A stretch of DNA of 61,837 nucleotides, the filler included, from Choristocarpus tenellus KU-1152 (Eukaryota; Protista; Phaeophyceae): the NCBI GenBank assembly GCA_964200185.2. It is 10 parts of 10 records of this genome, joined end to end, with 100 filler letters (N's around TTAATTAATTAA, not from the genome) between each part and the next. Parts side by side here need not be neighbours in the genome. Positions count along the whole stretch, not along the records: positions 11,828 to 14,601 come from CAXNAD020024867.1; positions 14,702 to 26,237 come from CAXNAD020002271.1; 8 more parts are not named here. The stretch is one strand, 5' to 3'. The notes under the pieces are model-generated. The model was not told the DNA's origin and ran no database searches. It saw nothing but the letters and a program-made list of their open reading frames with translations. The position numbers and the translations under genes were made by a program. Shown in pieces: positions 11,961 through 25,631 of this stretch. The first letter of the stretch is position 1. The number at the start of each line of letters is the position of its first letter.

Positions 11961-13816
11961 TGGATCACCGATTCGACCCTATGCTACTTATTGGCTTACC
12001 ACCCCTAGCTACAAAGTGTGCAGACCATGACAGCACAGTCTCTTTCTTTGTCAAATTTAGTTGGTCGGCTCATTCCCCCGCCCGTTGTTGGGGCTCTTTT
12101 TTTGAATGTTGTGCCTTTTGAGTAAGAAAAAATCCAGTATTCATTGCTTATATTCTGTAGATACGTATGTGTATGTAGCGCATGCAGCAGGATTTGGTTG
12201 TACAATGAGAGTACGTAGGCATGTGTGTGTGTGTGTGTGTGTGTCCTGTATTTTTTATTTTTTGTCTTTATTTGCTTTTTTATTTTTTTGATTGTAAGAA
12301 AAGAGATCTCTTTATTCGAGAGAAGGTCGGACTGTCCAAGTTTGAATCTTCGATCCAATGTTCTGAATAAAAAAATAAAAAAATAAAGAATACATTTTAT
12401 TCGGAGCGCATTCCCGTACCCGGCTTTGAAAAGAAAAAAAACAAGAAAAAAAGAAAGCTAACGCCCTCCCCCCCCACCCCGCCCACCCCGGGGTGTGTGT
12501 AGTGGGTTGCCGTCACTGTTTTTTTTTTTTTGGATGAAGTTTTGAATCTGTAGTTTCTGCTCTCACACTCTAGTGCAGAGGTCCTTGTCGTTGAAAACGC
12601 CATGAAGAATTGTTCTGAGAATTGCAATAATATGACATCTAGCAAACAGGTCTGAGATACTAGAACAGTTTTTTGGTTCAACGCTTTGACCAGATTGATT
12701 CTAGAGAGAGGCTGCATCAGCAGACTCTTGACTCACTCACAGTGGATTTCTTCATTGATTCTGGTAATCACCAATGGCATGTCATTGGATTCTTCAGTAT
12801 TTATTCATGCCATTTACCTCTTCAATGGTCATGCATTGGATATCGCTTGCATCAATGCTTTCTTGTACAGTTATGATATAAAAATCCTGTGGCGGGGGGG
12901 TACTTCAGTGGTGTTTGCACTGGATACATGAATTTACACTGGGACTTTCAAAAGCTGGTTTGGGTAAGTCTTTCATGAGACTGTCACCTAACCAATTTTC
13001 ACTTTTTAGCATGTTGGATGTCAATATCCTGTTTGCCTCATAGGCTTAACTAGTCTTCCATAAATATGCTTTATTCTGGCACTATACTGTCCATGATTAG
13101 CCAACTGAAAAATATGGCACTCTTGTGTCTACCATTATTGCAGTTACTGGATTATTGATAGAGGTATCAATTTCATGTAAGAAAGTCCTCCAGTAAACAG
13201 AGGAGGAACACAAGGACAGGGTCGTCGTCGTTTCCTCTAACTGCACTTTCAGAGAGACTCACGGCTGTTGATTGCCCAGGATAGACTACTTCAAACCACA
13301 GTAGTGGCAGTAGCAGTAGCAACCAAGGCGTGTGTGTATTTGCACAGGTTAGGGATGCAAGATCTGTCTTTATCATTTGTACTGCTTTGAGTTTATATCA
13401 TCATCAAATAGGAGTGCTCCAGAGCAGGAAAACCTGCCCCAGCCGACTCCAGAGCTTTTCTTTCATACTCCAGGGATAGAGCAAAAACAGAACAACCCAG
13501 TCAGGTGTGTTTGTTCCCTTGCCAAGCAAGTAGGAACGATGATTATCTCTGCTGTCCTTCCCTGCACCTATCCGACAAGCATACATATATCATCATGATG
13601 CAACCAACAAGGAGGAGTGTATCTTACGTACTTCCCCCCCTCACTTCAGTTGAAAAACCACTCCTTGCCTTAGCCTAGTCTAAACAGACAGATAGATGTA
13701 CTCACCACCCATCTGACTCACTGGACAATCAACCAACCAACCAACCTACCAACATAACTCGCCAAAAAAAGAAGTGAACACGATCAGGAGTAGGTTAACA
13801 CCAACAGAATACAACT

Positions 13817-13847
<31 letters not shown>

Positions 13848-16394
13848 AACATCTTAAGGCTGCTGCTGCTGCTATTTAAACATCTCCACACATAGCCAAA
13901 CGGTAGATGAAGATCAAGCCAGCCTATAACCCCACCTCCTGTTGAAAAAAACACCACCGATGGTCTCCCACGCCATACACCACAATAAGAAACAACTCTC
14001 CCCCTTTGCCAGGCTAGATCCTCTGTTGGGTGCTCCATCCATCCATCCATCCATCCTCCCCTGCCTGCGCTTACATCTGTCTATATCTTGATTGTCTTGG
14101 TTTTCAAAAATGCACGGCAGGTAAGAGTCTATATTCCTTCAACTCTTGAGAGCTCTACCTACAACTCCAGAGCCAAGCAGCTGTCCTCCGGATCCCACAC
14201 CGGATGTGTAGCGCATGCATGCGCTCCCCTCATCACCCTCTCACACTCCAGATCCCATCGCATCACGCCTACTCACTCTCATCTTTTGTGTGTGTGCGTG
14301 TGCGCGCGCGTGCGTGCGAACTTGTTTTTATTTTTTAACAAATAAAAAAAAGAAGAGAAAAAGGAACAGTTTCAATGGTGCATGTAAAACTAAACAAAAC
14401 AAAAAATACTAGAATATATACTAGCAACAGCACAGCGGGAGGACAGAACGGTATTTCCTCTCCCAATATATATGAAAGTAAACAAAAAAAGGGGGTTTTG
14501 GAGGGCAGAACAAACCGCCGTCTCGAATCAAACTGCGATCACATACACAAATAGGGTATATGTACCTTTTAAAAACATACATATACCTTCTTTCCCCCCC
14601 CNNNNNNNNNNNNNNNNNNNNNNNNNNNNNNNNNNNNNNNNNNNNTTAATTAATTAANNNNNNNNNNNNNNNNNNNNNNNNNNNNNNNNNNNNNNNNNNN
14701 NACACATCTGCAAAATGTCAGAGGGCACAATAATATTATTTATATGTACTATTTTCAAAATAGTGGAAATGACAAAAATAATGAAATAATATGTAGAAGT
14801 TCAAAATATTCATCCCTCCACATTGTTGGCTAAGAATTGGTTTGTAAAATAGTCGTACTAAAAAAATATAGAGTAATATATCGGACTATAGAATATCTTA
14901 CAGTTCAATATATTGTAGTACAATGACTACTATTAATATCAATTAGAAGATTCCATACGTCCATGAAGGTGTTATTGTGTAACATTCAAGACAAAAAATA
15001 CAAATGTGTGTAACGTTCCAACCACGTATGTGTGACGTAAGTTCTTAAACTTTTATGACGTAGATTCCTACTTTTCACGAACAATGATTTCGCCTCAAAC
15101 AAAATAAGCAAAATGAACAAATATCTCTCATACCACTATTATAACAAGATATAATCTACTACCACTATTACTACTATACGTCTATAATCATACCCCATCA
15201 TTCATTTTCAGTTATTTCTTTCTTGTTTTTGAATGGTGTATATATTTTTGCCTTCATTTTTCTTGGACCTTTCCATGACAGGTTCTTGTGGGTCTTTTAG
15301 TTATAATAGTAATGAGATCTCTCATTCTTATACACCCACATAGCTGAGGTAGACCTTGAATGGTGCCCTCATGTTGTTGTCCATTTTGAGCGGCAGAAAG
15401 TATATACCAGAAATGGTGCTTGCCAGAACAATTGCCTTGGTCCCAGTTTCTGACATCTGGACAGGGACCTCATTACACTCAACAATGATTGTGAAGAAAG
15501 AGCACACATTGCCAGACTGCATTGAAAAAGAGTAACATGATTGATGCGGGGATACAATCTATCATAATTTTCAAGGATGGGGAGGGTTGTAGGTATCTAC
15601 ATTGAGTAACAATCATGACTTCATGAGAGAAAGGAGAAATGCGTTAGGATATCAAGGGTAGACGAATGCCCCCCACTAGTCGAAAGTTCTAAACCCTCTT
15701 TCCCAATATCGTCTTGGTGATCGAACACTAATCCTCATCGAATAGCGTAAGGTGAGTGGTACTTTATAAGTATTATTTTCGTAGTATTTCATACCTTCCG
15801 AATTATTTTCAACCTGCAACATACATATAATACGCGATTTATTTTTAGCATGTAGATATTTTTTCGTGATGTTCTTTCCAAAAAAACTCCCAACAATTTA
15901 TCGATAATTTTATGTTGTTGTAGAGTTCAATATGTAAATATATGAGAGTGAATTTCTTAGTAATCGCAAAATATGTTCACAAAACATAATTATTTTCTTC
16001 GACACAATTCAAGTATTAATAGTAGATCTGTGATATTATTACGTTCATGCGTTTAGAACACAGCCCCAACATAATCGAATCGACACAAGGTGACGTGGCT
16101 AAAGAATGTCATTGGATAGGTGCACTTGCAGCGAATTAATATTGGGTCCCAAATCACAGAAGATGAAGGGTGGATGGGTAAGCAGTCAGGAGTTAAACCA
16201 CTAACTACTCAAAACGTCACGTCGTCCATAAATCGTGCTGCCCAGCATCACTACTTCCCCCTCACCGCATCCACAGTCTCAGTATACCAGCCCAGACTTC
16301 TAGTGAGATTATTGCAAATATTTTTGGAACGGGCGGCCTGCTCTTCTTGTAGGTACCCCTCTATCACTATCTTCTGTCCAGCAGTTGTTCTGTC

Positions 16395-19358
16395 ATGGTC
16401 AACCCACGTCCAAACCCTGCCAGAAACCCGGAGGAAAGTGTGCACCAGCATAGAACTTTGGCAATAATCACGATATGGTAAGTGATAGGGTTAGATGGTG
16501 CATAGAAGCACTGATCAAAAGTCTTTTTGCTTCTGTTGACAATGTGTCGCTATCTTGCGTTTATGCAATGTCTTCTTCACATCTCCACTGCGGTTTGTGT
16601 GAATTTTGCATCATGGAGGAGTGAAGCTCTGTTTCACAGGCCTTTGCATCCTATTGTGTTCGGTTTGCTCTGCCACACTTTCACTTGACCAAAGGTGTGC
16701 TAGTGGTTCTCACCTCAATACTCCTGCAATCTCTATTCCCTACTTTGCAGCCTTCTTGGATCATTCGCAAGCTCAAAGGCATTTGTGTTAACCACGTCGC
16801 AAGCATCGATCGATAAAGTCAGTGTAAGGGGATTGGGCAGAGCAAATTCCCCGATGTGGTCAAGGGGATGCCGTGAGGAGACCTCTGCATCAGGACGAAG
16901 GCAATCCTGCCTCATGCAAATACCCTACCTTGATGGGTTCCCGGATGTGTATCACCAACGCATTCCCAAGTATAAGGTCATCCTCATGCGCCACGGGGAA
17001 TCCGAGTGGAATAGGTGAGCAGTAGTTATTAAGAGTGGATTGCGTTGGGGATCGTGAAAGTATGAACATGTGATACCATCATAGCTGTTGCAACAAGTAG
17101 GTTCTTGCTGTTGAGTGCGAAGAAGTGTGGTTTTCTCTCGAGTTTGAGGTAAGGATAGATAACGCAGTTATCCTTACGTATTCGTAAACTATTTTTTGTC
17201 CACTACTTCTGATTGCGACATATTTGGACTATCTGAGGTCTTTCTTGTGTTACACCCTCACGATGCAAGTTTAATCATAGTTCATATCTCGTGTGCATAC
17301 TATTGTGTTTCCTTCTTTCTGGGTCTGCAAACAAAGACCTAACTTCAGAACGCTCGTTTGCCGTGTTCCTTGTTGATTCTTTTGCAGAGATAATCGCTTC
17401 CTTGGTTGGGCAGACATCGGCCTGACAGAAGAGGGAGAAAGGGAAGCAAAACAGGCAGCACAAACTCTTCTCGACTTTGGTATAGATGTGGATGAGATGG
17501 TGTGCTCGTACCTAAAGCGCTCCATCAAAACTGGGTGCATTGTTGCGGATGGTTTGGACAAGGTATGTACAACCTTTGATTGTACAGAGAGAAGAATGAC
17601 TTGGTGTTGGGGTTACACCCTGGGGACCTGTTCGTGATTATGTTGATTTGTACCTATTTTCTTTGGGAGTAGCAATGGGAAAAATGCTCTGCCAGGGGAG
17701 TGTATCTAGTCACAATGTTATAACAGTAATTTGCTGATAATGTGAAGTGGAGATAATCCAATCCCCCTCCCCTACCCTGTAATGTATTTTTTTGTCATAG
17801 GCATGGATGCCAATGCACAAGGATTGGCGCCTCAATGAGCAGATGTACGGTGCTCTCCAGGGCCTGAACAAACGTGCCACAGCAGAGCGGTTTGGTGTGG
17901 CCCTCACCCAGAAATGGCGAAGAAGCTGTGAGTGGGTCTAACCTAGAGTTTTACAGAGTCTTCCCCTCCTGGTCTTGTCAAGTGCACTCTCCTTGGTTGT
18001 GTCCAATCTCATTAGCGTTGCAGTAATTTTTTGTGAGAAGCAAAAGGTCTATAATTTTGGACTACCTAACATCCCCTTCCTGTACCCCTTTGCCTACCTC
18101 TGCCCAACCCAAATCTGACCTGTTCTCTTGGTGTCAATATTTACGTTTCCGCTAACAGATGATTTGGCCCCGCCTGCGGTGGCTGGGGGTCATGGATACT
18201 TTCCCCCTGATGATGCCAAGTACGTCCATCTCACTGATGGTGAGATGTGTGTGGTACCTTTTGAAAGTTGGGGAGTTGGGGAGGAGATAGGAGTTGTCAG
18301 GTGGAGGAGAGTGTGTGGTGGGGGGTGAAGTTACCATTTCAGTAGTTGATTTTTTTGGAAGAATAGAATCATCAATGTCCATAAACATTTCCTGTCTGCA
18401 AGCAGAATGCACAGGAGAATATTACGCCACTAATGCCCATAATCATACATACCTAGCTCCTGTCTGTCAGAGATTTTTACACTTGTAATCAGTAGCAGCA
18501 GATCTCACCATCATTCACCCTTCCCCCCCCCTACTGTACATAATAGATGACATCCCCAACTCGTGGTGTGGTAGTGCCAACACCGAGTCTCTCAAGGATG
18601 CTCAGACAAGAGTATGGGCCATGTGGAAGGAGGTGATTGTGCCCTTGGCGAGGTCGGGGAAAGTTGTGCTGGTTTGTGGTCATGGAAATGTCATTCGTGC
18701 GTTGCTGAAGAGGCTTGACAGCCTTCCCAATGGAGTCCTGAAGCAGGTGTGGATTTGGTATTGCGTGGTGGAGAATGACTTGATGGTGTGTGGTGTGGTT
18801 GCAATTGATTGTTGCAATTGATCTTTGAACAGTATGTGGTGGTCTACCCATTATGAATAGACTATAACCTGTAACAGTCTATCCTCTTTGGCTGGTAATT
18901 GCACAGGTGGATAACGGTTAAGTGTATGTAATGGAAGAAATGCCCTCAATGCATCTGAATTTGTTGCTTGATGTTTCAATGAACTTGTTTATTCACTATG
19001 GATTCTCATGTTCAGGTAAGAACATTCATGTAAGCGTGAGCAAAGCTCCTTGACGTCAGTATGTCCGACAGGACCTTTTTCCTGTACTAGCAAGGCTCAC
19101 TCTCCCCCATCCCAACACACCCCAATGCCAACAAAGGTTTCCATCCCACGGGCCACACCACTGGTATATGACCTGGACAAGGACATGGTGCCTGTTCCCA
19201 GTCCCTATTCTCTTGGGCCCCTCAGTGGGCGTTTCCTTGGAAACCCGATTGCTCTTGCCAAGGCACTCCAGAAGGAATCGCCGCAGGCTCAACTTGGGCC
19301 TGTTACCTCCGCAGACGATGTGGTCCATTCCGCTCAACCATCCTTCATCTTGGGATAA
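16395..19358 (+). CDS. PGAM: 2,3-bisphosphoglycerate-dependent phosphoglycerate mutase, probably plastid-targeted, 7 exons
   Basis: Exons 16395-16477, 16751-17014 (LMRHGESEWN), 17388-17562 (NRFLGWADIGLT, SYLKRSIKT), 17801-17927 (DWRLNEQMYGALQGLNK, WRRS), 18159-18239, 18547-18746 (TESLKD, VCGHGNVIRAL) and 19137-19358 (IPRATPLVY). The N-terminus RTLAIITICLLGSFASSKA-FV resembles a signal peptide with an ASAF-type cleavage site. Confidence 0.93.
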
Positions 19359-22300
19359 TTTTGAGAGGAAGCAGGGTTAGGTTATGGGGCAGTGGGTAAG
19401 GTTTGTGAGGTGGGCTTGATGCTCTTGGCTGCTCTTCCTTGGGGGTGTAGTTTGTGCTGATGTGTATGTTGGAGGTGTCTTCATCTGTCATATTTGTATG
19501 TCAGCGAAGGATTGGGGTTGGTAGGGGATGATAGATATTTCAACCGAATTTTTTACCTGCCTGAAGGTTGGGTGTGTGAGTCAATTTAAAGTTGGATTTT
19601 GTGACAAGTTTTTATTATGTAAGTTGGAAGTGTCAAGAGGCATTAGTGTCATCACACTATGATGTAGTTGTGTCTGTGTTACATATTCCATAGTGCCTAT
19701 ATCCTGCATCAACTAGCCTGGGTGCAAGTGTGAGTTGAGATATTCCGAGGGGCAAGAACTAAATGTGTGCTGCCTGCCCCTGGATGATATGTGAAATGGT
19801 AGTCACCTCAAGTGCAGGGAAATAAATATAGAAACTGTGGAGTGAGCTGAATGGTATGGCCATGAAAAAGGCGGATGATGGAATGGATGTATTGTCAGCA
19901 GTGCTTGTGTGTGTAAGCTGTGTGTATAGCTTTCTCATCATACCAGCCCACCCACCCCTCAATTTATAGTCAGTGGCAATCTCCGATTTGTTGTCATAAT
20001 TGGCAGGACGTCAACAACTTGACTGCGTTTACTGCCTTGCTGAAGCAGTAGACAAGAGCCAAGCACTCCTGTTTTGGATTCTTGATTGTCTTCTGAAGTA
20101 TGAGGGAGGGATCCCTCTTTATGCTGTCCAAGTTGTGTTTGGTGCAGCTGCCGTCCTTGTGTGTGGTGGTTGTGTGTTAGCTGTGCCAATCAGGCCCTCT
20201 TGGCCAGTGGTATACTACAGATATTGTAGGTAGTATAGTGTTTGTGCAATTCTTGTTGCAGTGGTGATGCACTCTTCACAGCAGTCACCTTTTTGGGAAG
20301 GGAGACTTCAATACGTGATGCGTGATCCCAAGTGTGTTGTGCACGTCCTCAACCTGAGGTCAATTTTTTTGATTTTGGGAGAGGTGGTGGCATTTGAGTA
20401 GAGTAGCGCTTGTTCACCCCCTTGATATTTGGATGTTACACTAGTTTTCATTTGAAATAGGAGTAGGGTCTCTAGTAAAATAGGTACGGTGACAAGAGTA
20501 GTATATACAGCGCATGAGCGTTGCAGTTATTAATAGATAAATCAGAAGTCTTAGTATTTATAAGCACCTAGTAACCCTCATGGTGTTCTCATAGTCCCCT
20601 GATAGTGATAGAGGGATTAATGATGTTTCGAAGGAACTTGAGAATTTTGTGCTACATTCTATCAAATATATGTTGATATAAAAATACAACAGTAAAATAA
20701 CCCTATGGATGAGGTCTCCTTCACTGGAACTCTCCACTGCTCATCATACTCCCAAGTGCTCACCAAAAGATATGCCTGCCTGAATCACTACGGCAATCAA
20801 GTTGTTGTACAAGAAGGGTTACACAGATTTTGTCAGGTGCAAGGGAATCCTATTTGTAGCATATGCTGGGAGAGAGCTTTGTAAGGTTTTTGTGTGATAA
20901 CTGAGAGCTTACCTGGTGGAACAGTAGAGTGTGCTTTGTGAAAAACATGGTAGTTTTCAGTCTCAGTGGTCCACTCTAGTGAACATGATGTGCACTTACA
21001 CCCCACATGCTAGACTTCAGCTGGGAAAAGTATCACCCTGCTGACTGCCATTTACTTTTGAGTTGATCCTTGCAAATATTTGGAGTGTCTGAGAAGATCA
21101 AACCAGTCACCTGCCAATTTCATGTTGGAATGTATACCTATGGATGATTGAGAGTGCATGGACTGTTTTTCAGGTAAGGCAAGGCTGCAGTGAAGTGTGT
21201 GTTCTTGCCCTCATCCTCATCAGTTACTTCACTGTACTGCTAATCATAGCAGCTAGGGAGTTCAACTCTGACGCAGTCATCCCCATGGACCTTGTCATCA
21301 AGGGAGCTGCAAGGAACAACCAGTTCATAGGAGGAGTGACAGGGAGTTGGGCAGCACTTCAGTGGTGCTCACTGGTGGAGAATGCCTTACCCCATTGATG
21401 TTGGCATGGTGTCTAAGACCCAAGGAAGTGAATAACTGTGTATGACTTCAAGGCATAGACCATGTACCTTTAACATCCTGACAAGGCTGCAGACACTATA
21501 CAGGTCCAGGTTTCAGGCCAGAGCTACAAGGCAGACTACTGATAAGTTTCATTACAAAGATGTCACCTAGATCAGTAAAGGGTTCAAAAAGCTTAAGATT
21601 TGTATATTCAAGTACATTTCAGCAAATAAATATTGGTTGATGTACATGTAACATCACCGATCTCCATGAATAGATCCACAGACAGCATATAGTTCACCCT
21701 TGAACACCAGAGCGCCCATGGTCCGGCCACTGGCCACTATGGAGGGATCCTGAGTCGTTCAGAGTGAAAACCTTTTCGTTTCATGTTCTCAAGAACAAGA
21801 ATTTTCTAAGAATTTCTGGAGAATTAGAAAAAAAGGGGACAGCTCAGAAATTGATGTTTCCAAAATCAGTCACAAATAGGAGATCAACAGTCTAGTATCC
21901 AACCTTGCAGTGACCATAATGGTGATAGCTTATGCCATTTTTCTCCAACAGCGAAATCTTGTTTGGTATATTGACAAGCCTAATCAGAATCCAGGCTCAG
22001 AAATACTAGTAGTTGAGCAGATGAAAAACTAAACCTACAATGGTTACCTGCTGAGGCAAAAAATAATGTAAATAATATTAGATTTGTCCTATTGCCCAGT
22101 TGAGTCAGAGCTTCTAAACGATGTTTATGCCCATTTGTATAACATCATCAACCTTCTGTAATGATTAATTACGCAGTGACTGGATCATGATGGATTTTTG
22201 TTGCCTGGTCCACAGAATAGTAGTAGTATGTGTGTGAGAGAGAGGGAGAGAGAGGCGAACTGGGGAGTTATCTTTTTCATAACCCTTTTACCCTTTCTTG

Positions 22301-22944
22301 GGCCAACCATGAATCAGAAGAATAATGTAAGGCTTTTGGACCGTTCCAGGAACGGTCAGTTCTCTATGATTACACCACTTGCATACTTTGTAGGTGATAC
22401 TTCACTGTCACCTAAGTACTTGCCATGGTATACAACTCTGCCTTCTTCACTTCTTGCATTGGCAACAAAACCTAAGAGATCAGTGCTAGGAGTGCACTCT
22501 TCGCAGTTCTACTGTATGTACATCAAGGTATACTAAAAATATGTCATGGTTGACCTACCAAGACAAACAACGTCTGCCTGCAAGCAATTCCCCTTCCAAG
22601 ACAATCCCTACCCCTGCTTTTTTTTTGGAGACAGAGGATTGGCTGTTTAGAGGCAAACAGTAAAAACAAATTGCTTCAGATCTGCAACACACAGCATTTC
22701 TCGCACTTTTCATTGTGGGACTATCCCTCACCACAGTTGCCACGGAGATGCTCTAAAATACGCCAACTGCTATCAAGTACTAGTAGTTCACACTCTGAAG
22801 TAGACATTGCAGGGTCCTGTGATCTGGGTGGCAAGTCATCATGATTACGTTGAGCTGCATTCTGCTATAGGGTTAGGGTTTAGCTGCCATAGAGCTTCAA
22901 AAACGATTAAGACGTTGTCTTGCTCTCCTTCAAAACCTTACCTT

Positions 22945-24124
22945 CTATTTTCTTCGATTTCGAAGCCCTATTTCTTTACCTGCTGCGCCCCCATCCCCCC
23001 CACCCACATCTCCAACCCCAACGATCTTAGCGCCTTCCCCTGTATCTGCACCCCCCATGGCTTCCCTCATCATATCCGCATACTTTCCTCCACCTGAGTC
23101 AAATCGCTTGAGCCTTGCTTCACGTGCCTCTCGAACACTTTCGTCTGAAACCTGTTCAGGGTGAAAAAATTCGTTCGAACGAAAGAAGCAAAGGAATTGC
23201 AAGGGGTGAATTGAGAACCAGAGGGTTAGACATGCACTAATGCCGAACACCGTTGTGAGCATGCATGGGGAAGTGCAACAAAAACGATTTGGAGGAAGAA
23301 ATGTGGGAGGTTTGGCCGGAGATGTAAGGGACTTCGCAGGTTGAAACGGTTTGTGGAAATATTTGCCTGCATCATGTAATAACTTCGTTGCACGTCTCGC
23401 TTGAATGGCACAAGGTGGCCAGCAGGAGTACATAAACAGCAAGATAACAGAGATTGTGCAAGGAGAAGTAAGTAGAATAGACTCTCAGCACCTTCACATC
23501 AGAAGAAGGTGTTGGCTTCATGTCGAAGAACACGTTAGTACCCCCCGATATCTTATGATATGCCCAATACACTACCAATGCTGCCAGCACCATTACCAAA
23601 AGATATGCCTTCAGCCACCCTTCCCCTTCAATCGGGTCATCAGGGTGCGCCCATGGCTTGTCCTGTCGTATTTGGGGGGCAAATGCGGGTTTGGTCCTGT
23701 CTTGTCAGGTTCATCCAAACGCCATCTTCAGCGATAGGCATTCAAAATAGAGTCTGTGCCACTTAAGTATAATTTTGAATCCGTAGTCACTTGCAGGGTG
23801 GGCATTGAGACAATCGATCCATGAGGGGTATCGAGGTTGACTGAGATAGTCAAATGGCGTGTGCATGATGTGTGAAGGTCATCTGCCCATTACAGACGTT
23901 CTTTTACAGAAAACATATGTGTCCAAATGATCATCAAGGGCTATATCCCTACAAGGTAGTTCTCACTACATCCTCACATCATCGCTGTAACCCATGGCCT
24001 CACGGGCCCGCTTAGAGTATGGTAATGGCGCTGGACCAGGTCCAGGTGTCCACTTGATGTTTGTGCCGAAGGTCTGACCAAGAATTAAGGCTAGCACCCC
24101 TATCCTAGATTTTAAGAAATCCAT
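22945..24124 (-). CDS. Uncharacterised ~174-aa type-I membrane protein (signal peptide, one TM helix, basic C-terminus)
   Basis: Exons 24124-23978 (MDFLKSRIGVLALILGQTFG..KWTPGPGPAPLPYSKRARE), 23662-23492 (TM AYLLVMVLAALVVYWAY) and 23151-22945 (VREAREARLKRFD...LRNRRK*). All junctions are phase 0. Confidence 0.75.
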
Positions 24125-24447
24125 CTCCGATTCGTCTCTGCTTTCAGCCAGGGACACCTGTTCGGGGGTTCGCTGTACAATTTACGGGGAAGTTGTTGAG
24201 GTGAGAGGTAGTGCTAAGCATATATAAATTGGGATATTAAGGAGGGTTTAATATTATTTTAGGCGTTTGGAATTCCAATTTTTGAAAGTAGTGACCAAGT
24301 ACTGTTCCACAACCAAGGGTTTTTGATGTGCAACAGTAACATGACTAATGGTATCTTTTTTCTACATCAAAACCAGACACACCCTAAAAAGGTAGGTCTG
24401 CAAGACTTGGCCGCACAAGAAAGTAGAAGGAGGAAATAGAGTACATC

Positions 24448-25017
24448 ATGTCCACAGTTCTAGTCAATGCTGCTAGAAGAGGTGGAGGGGAAAATCAGAC
24501 GGTCACAGTGATACCCATTTCTGGAGAACAAGGGGTGTGGGCCGTCTGCCGTCGATGCGGCAACAACTTCTTACGGAAGCATGGTAAGCAGCACTGGGAG
24601 ATGAGAATTTTCAATGATATTTAAACACCCGTGTGAGGTAGACTTTAGACTATAGATATTGGGCTCACCACTCCTCTATCCCTTCCTACCTGAAGTAGAG
24701 GCGCAGAGGATTGGCTAGGCATGTTAAGTACCTCGTTATATTGTGGAGTTGAGCTCTCATTTCCCATCCCTCCTCTCATGTGGAATGGGCCCTGCTACAT
24801 CAAGATATTTTATTGGCACGTACTTCTTAATCTATACCGCTTACTCATTTGCACCCTGTTGCCTTGATCTGTCCTGTACGACATACTACGATCAATAGGC
24901 GAGAACCCGGCTTCCGCACAATATTTCAACTGCGAGAGGTGCAATAACAAGAACACCAAGGATATGGTCTTAGTAAATCTCACGTGTGGTGCGTCATCAC
25001 TCTGCGCAATTCAGTAG
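24448..25017 (+). CDS. 84-aa Zn-ribbon microprotein ending in a CaaX prenylation motif (not in the ORF track)
   Basis: Exons 24448-24583 (donor G|gtaagc) and 24899-25017 (acceptor caatag) splice in phase to MSTVLVNAARRGGGENQTVTVIPISGEQGVWAVCRRCGNNFLRKHGENPASAQYFNCERCNNKNTKDMVLVNLTCGASSLCAIQ*. Confidence 0.72.
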
Positions 25018-25631
25018 CTTCAAGTCATGCTCCAGTTGGAGTGATCAAAAGTTGCCACTGCTCATCATCACACCCATCTAGGGGTCCAAGAACTTTGTGG
25101 GCATCTGCCTGGGCGACAGATGATGCAAGGGATGTACGAATCCATACTTTGGTACAGTCGCGGCCTTGAGATTTCGATATATCCTTGACCGTACCATCTA
25201 TTTGAGGCCTTCACTGCACCACGTTGTTTTGTTGAACAAAGACACTACTCACAGTTCAACCGTGCACATTTTACGCATTTCCTTCCTTTCTCATATTGCT
25301 TGAGGAATGAGACACACATGGTAATATTGTCCTTGGTAAGATATGAGTGAAGTAGTTGCATGTTTGTTAAGATCGTTTTTGTCAGTTCCCCACTACATTG
25401 ATGTTGGAGGTATTCTTTGTTCCTTAGTGTTGGTAAACTAGGGATGGATTTCTCGAAATTCGACTGCAATCTCAAAATCTGAGTTCTTGTAGTATGTTAA
25501 TCTACCTGGTTTTATAATGGGCCTTGAGCCTTGGACTAGAGATGCTGCACAATGGTTAGACAGTAGGGTGTTGCAGCAGAGAAGGCTTTTTCATTCAGCT
25601 TTTTCAGCGCGAAAGGCGTTTCCTCAATTGT

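Noticed and set aside
23594-23724. Minus-strand frame ending KGKGG-TGA, suggestive of a SelK/SelS selenoprotein
   Set aside because: A different frame (DKPWAHPDD..TM helix) splices in phase with both neighbouring exons, and no SECIS was recognised.
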